From Octopus vulgaris (lineage: Eukaryota): a stretch of DNA of 64,000 bases. The notes under the pieces are model-generated. The model made no database searches. It was given only the letters and a program-made list of their open reading frames with translations, and was not told where the DNA came from. Positions 54,269 to 64,000 of this stretch are shown in pieces. A program made the translations under genes and the position numbers. The stretch is taken from NCBI GenBank assembly GCA_951406725.2, contig OX597841.1, positions 806,001 through 870,000 on the forward strand, given 5' to 3'. The stretch's first letter is position 1. Every line of letters begins with the position of its first letter.

Positions 54269-54499
54269 GTAAGTGAAACTTTTTTGTTATAATTACTATT
54301 ACTATTTTTTATTGATTCTTCCTCCGGGTAGATATAATTACCAGATGAAAAGTGGAGTCAATGAAATCGATTTACTCTTCTCCTCACGTAATTGCTGGCC
54401 TTGTGCCAAAAATTGAAATCAATATTATCGTTGTTGTTGTTTGTTGCTGCTCTTGTTGAACCTCCATATCTCCGCTTTCAGTTTCATTGACACTCACCT

Positions 54500-55620
54500 G
54501 TCTTCACTTGCTACTTTTACGTGTGAATAGATTCTGCGTTTGATTTCTTCGATTTCCAATTCTGTTAAACAACATTTCCTTGTTATGTTTTTCTTGCTCC
54601 TTAGTTACCCACCGCTAGACTGCGACCGGGTCTAACCTTCCAGACGAGAGATCTTCACCTCCATCAGTTCCAATGTCATTCACACCGTTGTTCAGAACAT
54701 TTGTATTTGACATTTTTCCTCATAGTGATGTTGCGGGAATGAGGTGATACAACCTCATTTATAACTGGGATAGCTAGAGTGTTGTTACCTATTATCTAGT
54801 TTTTAGCATTGAGCTCTGTTTTCAGTATTGATCTAACTCGTCTATTGTATTCTTTCTTTATTTTTTCCTTCATTTGTGTGTGTTATATCGTATCTCGTTC
54901 ATTGATTCCTAAATATTTGTAAGTTAGGCTTTGGTCTAATTCGCTTATTTCATTGGCTTTATCTAGTGTGATGTTGCTACTCTTAACTAGTTTTCCTCTA
55001 TTCAGGGTTGCTTTGGCACATTTTTCTAATCCAAATTTCATATCTATTTCTTTGGTAAATCCATGAACTGTCTGTAGTGGTGCGTCCATCTGTTTATCAT
55101 TTGTAGCGTATAGTTTCAGGGCACCCATATGTAAAAGGTGGCTGATTATTTAACCGTAACGTTTATATACGCATCCATTTCTATTTAGCATATCCGATAG
55201 AGGTGTCAGTACCAAGCAGAAAAGGAGTGGAGAGAGCGCGTCTCCCTGGAATATTCCTCTTCTAATGGGGATGTCTTTGGTTTTCATGAGTCCCTCTTTT
55301 GTTTGGAGCTGTAGCACTGTCTGCCATTTATTCATAGAGTGTCATATGTATTTTATAATTATTGGTGCTACCTTGTTCATGGCTAGTGTTTGAGGATCCA
55401 CGTGTGGGGAATAATATCAAATGTATTTCGGTAATCGATCCAGGCCATACTGAGGCCTTTCTTCTTTCAGCGGCTGTCTTCAGTCATGGTTTCATGGATC
55501 ATTAGTTGATCTTTACAGCCGTATGAACCCTTGCAGTATCCATTCTGCTCTTCTGGAAACAGGTTGTTTTCTTCCAGATGCTTGCTCAATCTCTGAAATA
55601 TTATTGCAGTAAAGGCTTTG
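54500..55620 (-). mobile_element. R4/Dong-type LINE fragments in intron 1 of gene B
   Basis: RRGIFQGDALSPLLFCL and LKLYATNDKQ..FGLEKCAK; same family and orientation as 35060-38780. Confidence 0.88.
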
Positions 55621-55923
55621 CAATTGTTATTATTGTTATTATTACTATTTAATTATTATTATTATTATCATTATTATTATTATCATTATTATTATTATTA
55701 TTATCATTATTATTATTATCATTATTATTATCATTATTATTATTATCATTATTATTATCATTATTATTATTATCATTATTATTATTATTACTTTTTTTTC
55801 TTCTTTCAAATTTGCTTCCATTTCTTGACGAGTGTCTTCCCGACTCCTAGGGCAAAGAAACTCATAGTATACATTGGTAGGCCATTAAACCAAACTCAAT
55901 AGTTCGTTCATTTTTTTTTAAAA

Positions 55924-55978
<55 letters not shown>

Positions 55979-55989
55979 CATTATTAATA

Positions 55990-56084
<95 letters not shown>

Positions 56085-56088
56085 TCAG

Positions 56089-56267
56089 ACAGCCAATGGA
56101 TCAAAGCATATGCCCTGTCAATGGGAGCTGGTACGGAGATCTATAAGTCATTTATGAATATAGGAAATACCTCATCCTGGAAAGCGGACAAATGCAATGG
56201 TACCTTTTGTCCTAACTTCTTCCGACATCCTATTCTTTATTTCTGGAGTGATCTTCCAATCGAGGAG
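56089..56267 (+). CDS. Gene B exon 2
   Basis: (TTA)n-TTTCAG acceptor; SQWIKAYALSMGAGTEIYKSFMNIGNTSSWKADKCNGTFCPNFFRHPILYFWSDLPIEE; donor GTTTGT. Confidence 0.82.
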
Positions 56268-56295
56268 GTTTGTGCACAAACGATATTAGCGCTAT

Positions 56296-56341
<46 letters not shown>

Positions 56342-57263
56342 ACACACACACACACACACGAGTATACGAGTGTGTTTAATAAATTTTAATCCTGGAAGAT
56401 GGAATGAACAGCCTTTATTATTAATCCCTATTTCAGCGCTTCATTACCAGCTGGTAACTGCTGAAGGTTACAAACATCATACACATTATTGCTTTAATAT
56501 GATTCCGAGATAGCTGTATACATACACGTCTTCAGGTCAGTAGAGACGAAAGCATTACTAGATCATCCATAGATTCTTTTTCATTTGTGCCTGTACCATA
56601 ATGTTACTTCTAACATTCCATTGACAAAGAAGACGGAAGAAATCCCATATTCATTCCGTATAACACTGGCTTTCGTTTCAAGTGGAACGGTAACAGACCC
56701 AAGAGACCAGTAATTGCTAAAGTTTATCATCTTTTGACGTTATTAACTTAGAATGTTCGTTTTTCTTCCTAAAAGTCAAGATAAATCTGTGGTCAAAGAT
56801 GGAATCAGTTCAGAATTGCCTTCTTTCTTTAATAAGGAATCCCCTAATACTGCATTTGAAGAGAAATGCAGCATCATCTGATATAGATAGACTTGATTAA
56901 CAAAACCCTGACGACGCGACTTTGCCCGTATAGACGTATAATGCTAAAAAGCACAAAATATCTGCAACAGACAAAATTGTCCACCACCGGCAGTGGACCT
57001 GTTAGATTAGGTGTCTTCATTGTGTTTGCGCCTCATTAGCATAAAACCCATAGTAGTATTCTGAGCTTTTTATCACTATACGTCTATACGAGATACATTC
57101 TCAGAACGAATACTGCAAGTTTATTGCGTCCTTAAACTATTACCACGTTAACTATGATATAACGATGGCAATTCAATACCAATATTGCTTCTCTCACTTT
57201 GGTTGCATGCACTACTCTCTCCCTCTCTCTCCCAATAATAAAACACGATTTTTTGTTTTTTAG

Positions 57264-57443
57264 GTGAAACTAGTGGTTTATAAAAACCAAACAGCTGTGG
57301 TTAATATGGTGTTCGATGGACGAAATACAACCCTTGAAAGCTGGTTCTCTCTTCAAAACCAGCCAGCCCAGGCAAGTTTCAAGCCAGCAAACCAAGCCCA
57401 GAACCAGCCAGGTATCCAAAACAGGGCCAGCCAGCCAGCCTAG
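57264..57443 (+). pseudogene. Gene B exon 3, truncated at ~57360 and read through into a repeat to TAG at 57441-57443
   Basis: VKLVVYKNQTAVVNMVFDGRNTTLESWFSLQN, then the unrelated QPAQASFKPANQ...*. No exon 4 or 5 seen before gene C. Confidence 0.78.
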
Positions 57444-57880
57444 GCCAGTTTCCCGCCAACAAGCCAAGGCTGGGACAGCCAGGCAGCCAAGTACCGTACA
57501 GCAAGCCATCCAGCCAAGGCAGGTTTCCAGCCAGCCATCCTAGGCAGGTTTCCAGCCAGCAAGCCAAGGCCGGGCCAGCCAGGTATCTAAAACCGGGCCA
57601 GCCAGTCAGACAAGGCCAGGCCATCCATATACATACAACAGAGAGATGATTTTGTTTTACTTTTAACACGTAATACTGAGAAGTGGAGAAGATGTGATAT
57701 TACTATGGGCTCGCCCTAGGCAAGAAGTAAAAATTATTTTGCCCGTGACACTTCCCGGACCCTAAGTAAGGCATGTGTAAAATTTGAATGGAATTGGTTG
57801 TGTAGTTCTCAAGTTTTAGGGATTCACACAGACAGACAAACAGACAGACACATATTCTCAGTTTTATATATTTAGATTAT
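57360..57880 (+). mobile_element. GCCA-rich minisatellite plus a Helitron/Helentron (HINE)-like terminal segment
   Basis: CCAGCCAGC..AGGCAGGTTTCCAGCCAGC units at 57361-57622. Then ...AAATTTGAATGGAATTGGTTGTGTAG..(ACAG)n..TTTTATATATTTAGAT, resembling non-autonomous rolling-circle element ends (recall). Confidence 0.45.
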
Positions 57881-57924
57881 GCGCGCTAGGAAAACCAGGA
57901 TTCGACCTGGATTAAACGAACTGA

Positions 57925-57955
<31 letters not shown>

Positions 57956-58712
57956 ACAAAATTCCCTGATAGTGGGTGGATGCCGTCACCTTTAGGGTAA
58001 TCAAGGAACCACCAGAGATCCCATGAATGACCCATAAACTATGGACCCAGCTATCCTCAAGCAAGAGCAATGTAGGCCCCACACCTCAGGCTGTCCTCGC
58101 CACTTTTAGACAACTTTCAACTATTTTACTGGCTGTGGGCTGCACCTCCCCATTCGTCCTCACCTTCCTCTTCGGCTGGAACTCACAAACGTCGATAAGG
58201 ACTTCGCCAAAGTGGAACTTGTGTCTCTTATTAGCCATTTCAGTTCTCTTCATTACAAAACTAATTTCAACATATCTCCCAGAAAGAGAAAATCTGCATG
58301 ACTTTCCATTCCCTAAAAAGGTGGCGGGGTTACCTTCACAATTGTATCGAATCCTGCTTAAACGATTGGGCCCTGTATGAGTAAAAGCAGAACTGAGGAC
58401 ACTACCATATTTGTAGAGTTAATTCCAGTTTCGGTAAGAATTCCAGGTCAGTGTTCACTGAAAATTATCCACTGGTCCTGAATCGAAAGTATCCCGGAAG
58501 TGACCAACCGTGTGATTCTTGCTAACGCCCAGGGCCACTAATTCCCTATGGAATGACATGGTGGGGTTTCCAACTACTCATTGCTCGACTAGCAGAAACA
58601 AAAGGAGCGCTTGACGACACTTTACGTGCCAGGTACTTTGCCTCATTGTAAATTTGATTAAAGATATCTGAATCTGAGAAACGTCGATTTCATCTGCCCC
58701 ACCATCAGAGCA

Positions 58713-58814
<102 letters not shown>

Positions 58815-59759
58815 CTCTCAAACTCTCTCTCTTACTCTCGGCACGAGCGTGTTTGTCTCTTTCTTATATTCTTTCTCTTTTCTTCTGCCTGTAGTATTTC
58901 GACCTCGCTGAAGTGCCTTCCCCTTCAAATATGTTCGATGTCCTGCCATACATCGCAATGGCTAACACTTGATCTATGTGTTTCTAGCAGTTACAGCTAG
59001 AGTTTTAAAAGTTGGGGTCACAAAATCTGCCCTATTCTTCCCGTATTTGCTAAGTGGATTAGCCACGCTACCATCACCAACTATCACCTGTACAGCTAAA
59101 ACATGTCCCAACAACAACCTCAACATTGATATCACCACCACTACCACCGCCACTCTCATAACAACAGTCACAACAATAGCTCCAACATTGACATAACTAC
59201 CACTACCACCATCACCACCACTATAACCAGCGCTACTTCTGCCTTCCTACAACATCTCACCACAAACACCAACACCACAACCAACACCTTACAACCACTG
59301 TCATATCACCGCAGTACAACAAATCACTGTCTCTACCCACCACCACCACCACCACCACCAACACCAGCACCACCAATGCCATGCTTGCAAAAATCATATC
59401 CTTAAATCATCCAATCATCACCACAAATACAACATCCCTATCAACGCCCCATTAAAAGCTCCACTACTACAACCAACGCCCCACCACCACCAACAGCAAT
59501 ATTCACACCTACACATAGTAAACATCCTTATGAAAAAACCGGAAGTCTATGAAGTATATTTAATGAAGTATGGCTTGCTATCGATCGAATATAGTTTGGA
59601 ATATTTTCCCTTTCTTGTTCTTCTTCATGTCCTGTTTATATACATGTGTTTTTGTATAAAAACATATGTAAATAAACATATTGAATCATTTAAGTATATC
59701 TAATGAAGTAAGGCTTGCTATCAATCGAATATAGTTTCGACTCAGGTTAGAATTGTTTT

Positions 59760-60560
59760 CACTGGACTGATCTCAAGTGAACAATAGTGACGGAAGTGAA
59801 CGGTTGGCATAGCTGTGAAGTTTAGAGGATTGTTGAAGTCATTTGTGAAGTGAACAATTCAGACATTTGTACAGATTCATCGTTAGTTTAGTGGCATCAG
59901 TTGATAGAACCGACAACAGTCGACAGTCGTTAATGTTTCCAAAAATAATTGTTAGCCTCATCAGTAACAAAGGTAAGTTTTTATTTCGTTACATTCTTCT
60001 GTGTTGGAAGCTCAATGTTGCTGTTCTGCTCTTAACTATGACGGTATACATCCCAGCACTAAATGTCCGTTTCGTTGATTCACATCTGGACTTTTTTGCA
60101 GAGAACCTTGGAGCAGTGTCTGATGAGCAAGGTGAACGATTTCATCAAGATATCCCATCAATGGAACAACGATATTAAGGATTTTGGAATGCAGGAATAT
60201 TAGCTGACTACTGTTAGATGTTGTACAGGGATGAACCTGAGACAGAACACCATAGAAAGTCTAAATCCCAAAGATTTTAAGTTGTTGTGCATTTGAGTGT
60301 ATTCTAACTTATTTGTGCAGAATAATCTTAATTTTGTACATTACAAAGTCATGAAATTATCGTATCTTGCATTCAATATACATTATATATAGACATCCTT
60401 CACGTATCCTATAAGTTAAAACAGCAGGTATCATTAATATGAAAATGTGACCTGATAGAGGAAATCGGACTTCAGATTCGTAATCAGTATCAAAAATTAA
60501 CCCAGAAAAGTCAATCAACAACTCCGATGATTCAAAAAGGTTTTATTTTGTTGACCAGTG
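59760..60560 (+). mobile_element. Duplicated Chapaev-like transposon relic
   Basis: DSHLDFFAENLGAVSDEQGERFHQDIPSMEQRY; begins CACTGG and ends TTGACCAGTG. Confidence 0.65.
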
Positions 60561-61294
60561 TTTTATAAAGAATTGATTCTAAGTTAAACAAATTGTTAAA
60601 ATCAGAAGTTTTAGATATAATTTAATGCACAAAATATATTCTAATATTAGTATATTTCCCTCAAGTATCGCACAGATTTCAGATGACCATACTTAGCCCT
60701 TAGGATATCGGGTAACAGCAGGTAGGAGCGTGTCAGCGACTCCAATATTATTTCTTTTGTTTTGTCAACTATCGCTGATTAAAATCCAGTGTGTTCTCCA
60801 GCAACAACATAAAGATCAGAACGACTTTAGTGTTTATAGAATCGTATTTTTCAGTATGTTTAGTGAAGCGCAATTATGTTTAGTGAAGTGCATGTCGCTA
60901 TTCAAGGACTTTCTTCTTCACAGCAATCAAACAAGACGTATTGAAAATCTTGGTGTATTTTCACTTCAGTGGAGAAATACTGGTATCTATATTATAATGG
61001 GGGAAGCTGTTTATTAATTAAGTATATAACAGTGACTAAAAACACTAAAAGAAAGCGATTATTAAAGCTTTGACCGTGTGGAAATATTTTTATAAATCTA
61101 TGTTTTAAGGTATTTCCTATAATTTCGATCTCAGGCTTTCCAATATTTTAATTTATAACCAAACAACCGAGAATTTTCCCAAACTCCTCTCTCCACCCCC
61201 TCAGGAAAATTCGTTCCCATAAATCCCAATAAGCTCTGAAGCATATAAGTGGTATATGTACATAATTTTGTTATAAAGTATCCGCTTTCGCTGT

Positions 61295-61565
61295 ACCTCA
61301 GTCTCTCACTAATGGCCATGGATGAAGGCCGTCACTTCCCGCCCTATCGGACATCGTTGTTTGTGTCTAAACAATCCAATGGGCAAATGACAGTCTCTGC
61401 TACATAAGCCGCACTTGTAGGCTGCTTTGTGCTGTCTCGGCTGCAATGAAATGTCCTTCCTCTCTGGGGCTTTGACTGGTTCTCTCTCACTAGTACAGTG
61501 TGTCCGATACGGCCTAAGCCTAAGCAGTGTGATATGGAGGATAAGCTGTTGTCCATGTAATGCGT
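61295..61565 (-). mobile_element. Duplicated RTE LINE 3' fragment
   Basis: YKCGLCSRDCHLPIGLFRHKQRC. Confidence 0.55.
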
Positions 61566-62461
61566 CCCTCATTTCAACCTTATTAATAGCTTCAAAGGAA
61601 CCGCAAGGAACGTTACAATTTATCAGCGTCGTCGCAGGTTTTGCAGCTGTGAAGTTTTAGACAAATTCGAACGGCCTTGGAGGATCTGGTCCCCGATATT
61701 TCCTCACTGTTTACACCCGAACACTTTCCCATGTTGAAGGGTTGCCGCACTACCACCACGAACACTAGGGTAATGAGCTCCATATGATCGACGTAATTGC
61801 TAATTAACCCATTATTTGAATCCTGATGATTACTTCGATTCTGGATGAGAGTAGACAGAGGAACATCAGTGGCTAAGGAGTGATTCCAAACTCATTAAAA
61901 CCCTAGAAATCCCCAACCAGGGTTCACTACTGGAAGCAGTTTAAAATCATACCCAGGACCTGCGTTATTACTAATAAGCCTAATTTATTTGAATTTTTCT
62001 ATTCTAAATTGTAATTTATTTCTATTCCGTTTTCTTATGCACACTTTCTGCATCTCTGTTATGCCGCACGTTCGGATGCCTTCTACACAACTCTCCTCTG
62101 CTCTGTTCTACTACGACTCTCCGATTGCTACTCAGCTGTGCTGCTGACGTCTAGGCTTCTCCCTCTATACTCTACGTATTGGGCTAGCCTACTTTGTCGT
62201 CAGGGGGCGTCCCCACAACAATCTCACAGCAACATTTTCCATTTTCTCAATTTCTTAATTTATGTTCCTCTTTTCTTTCAGGATTTCTCCCTGTTACTCT
62301 CTAACAGTTTCCCATCATCACCCCTGCCCCTCTTACCCCTTCTTCCTTTATATATTAAATTTCTTTCCGCCTCTTTGCCGAATCTCTCTTTCTCCCTCTC
62401 ATTCTCTTTCATATAATTTCTTTTCTCTTTCTTTCTCTCTCTAGCAATTATAGAGCCAAGA

Positions 62462-62789
62462 ATGTCCCGGTTTCCTTTTACCCATCCTGCTGTGATAACA
62501 GTGCTTCTGTTAACTCTTGCAACCACTCTGGTTGTTAGCTCAGATCAGGAACGTGAAGCAAGCTACGAACGTTTGCCTCCTGGCTACTCTTATGATTACC
62601 TTCAGTCATCACCATCGGAAATATTCTATTCAACACGAAGTCTGCTGGAATGTGCCGGCCTCGCTCTAAGCAGCCAATCAGAATTCTTCACTTACAACAA
62701 TGTCAGTCGTGTTTGCAAGAATTACTCACCGAAGAATATAATGACAGTCGTCAGCACGAATGACACCAACGAGATTGCTTTCTATAGAT
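62462..62789 (+). CDS. Gene C exon 1
   Basis: MSRFPFTHPAVITVLLLTLATTLVVSSDQERE...NEIAFYR; donor GTAAGT at 62790, phase 1. Confidence 0.87.
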
Positions 62790-62813
62790 GTAAGTGAAGC
62801 ATTCTTCTTCTTC

Positions 62814-62871
<58 letters not shown>

Positions 62872-62876
62872 CATCA

Positions 62877-62995
<119 letters not shown>

Positions 62996-62999
62996 TCAG

Positions 63000-63178
63000 A
63001 CAGCCAATGGATTAAAACATATGCTATATCAATGGGAGCTGGTTCGAAAGTCTATGAATCATTCATGAATATAGGAAGCCCTTCAACCTGGAATGTGGAT
63101 GAATGCAGAGGTGGCTTTTGTCCTAGCTTCTTCCGACATCCTATTCTCGACTTCTGGAGCGATCTTCCCATTGAGGAG
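63000..63178 (+). CDS. Gene C exon 2 (the gene presumably continues beyond the window)
   Basis: Follows a 210-bp, mostly (TTA)n intron and TTTCAG; (Y)SQWIKTYAISMGAGSKVYESFMNIGSPSTWNVDECRGGFCPSFFRHPILDFWSDLPIEE; donor GTACGT. Confidence 0.87.
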
Positions 63179-63608
63179 GTACGTGCAGAAACGATTTTTA
63201 TGCACATTTATATACACAAACATAGAATTAAGTTGGCATAAAGTCATCCATTTTGTGAGAGGTGAGAATCTATTAGATTACTTATTTTATTGATTTTTAA
63301 AAGACAAAGTATACCTTGACTGTATTAAAACTCAGAACGTCAGGGCACATTAAGAAGTACTGAATTGCTATAAACTATTATGTTCACAAGTTTATTGGCA
63401 TCGCGATCTAAAAACGTTCATAATATATTTGCGCTGTTTGTGTTCACACACACAAACAAACACACACACACACACACGCACAAACACACAGATATACGTG
63501 TGTGTGTTTAAATGAACAGCTTTTATTACTAATCATTACTATTTAATGCTGGATAATACATACATCATACACATTATTGCATTAATATGATTTTTAAATA
63601 GATATATA

Positions 63609-64000
63609 TTAGGCTGGTAAATAATTTGCCGCCGTTTTTTTTTAATTTTGGAATTTTTGCGTCTTTAAATATTGGAATCTATTTTTGTCGAGAATTCTAT
63701 TTTTGAATCACTTGGGAATCCTTTTTTTTATATTGTTAATTTTAGTTAATATTTGTTTATTTCTTGGTCATTAAAATGGAATGTCAAGTCAAGAAAGATG
63801 AGCAATTTTCGAGACATCCTCCATTTTGTTTTTAATCAAGGTTCTGAGGCCGAAAAAGCTGCTCGCCATATTTGTGCAGTGTATGGAGAGGGTGCTATAG
63901 CTGAAAGAACCGCTCGTCATCGGTATGCCAAGTTTAAAAATGTAAATTTTGACCTCAAAGACGTACCTCATCCTAGCCGTCCAGTTGAGTTCGAGGAAGA
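63609..64000 (+). mobile_element. Mariner transposon 5' end (TIR + frameshifted transposase N-terminus) in intron 2 of gene C
   Basis: TA|TTAGGCTGGT..TIR-like start. ATG at 63776: MECQVKKDE.. / FNQGSEAEKAARHICAVYGEGAIAERTARHRYAKFKNVNFDLKDVPHPSRP (mariner HTH region). Confidence 0.85.

Noticed and set aside
57270-57669. Q/S/P-rich or Trp/Leu-rich repeat-protein ORFs
   Set aside because: They are translations of the GCCA minisatellite in alternative frames.

Overview
This is eukaryotic, AT-rich, microsatellite-laden DNA. Its SINE, LINE and simple-repeat content points to a coleoid cephalopod, most likely Octopus; that is an inference from repeat families I recall. Bases ~45-24787 are a strand-asymmetric complex satellite cycling (AAT)n->(AAG)n->(AAC)n, with nested higher-order duplications and two embedded SINE copies. 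I treat all ORFs there as non-genic. The remaining 39 kb hold a cluster of an uncharacterised secreted-protein gene family (signal peptide + degenerate PAN/apple-like module + ~180-aa Trp/Cys-patterned domain). Copy A is complete: 5 exons, 31330-45859, 292 aa, all GT-AG with matching phases. Copy B is truncated in exon 3, copy C runs off the window, and an orphan exon 2 (copy D) lies on the minus strand. The copies are mosaics of one another, with near-identical introns or flanks beside strongly diverged exon 2, which suggests gene conversion plus diversifying selection. Every exon-2 acceptor is preceded by (TTA)n, and in A and B that intron has collected antisense R4/Dong-type RLE LINEs. Tx1-like and RTE-like LINE relics, mariner and Chapaev-like transposon relics, a MITE, SINEs, a ~5 kb segmental duplication and two large inverted repeats are also present. 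All alignments and counts were made by eye.
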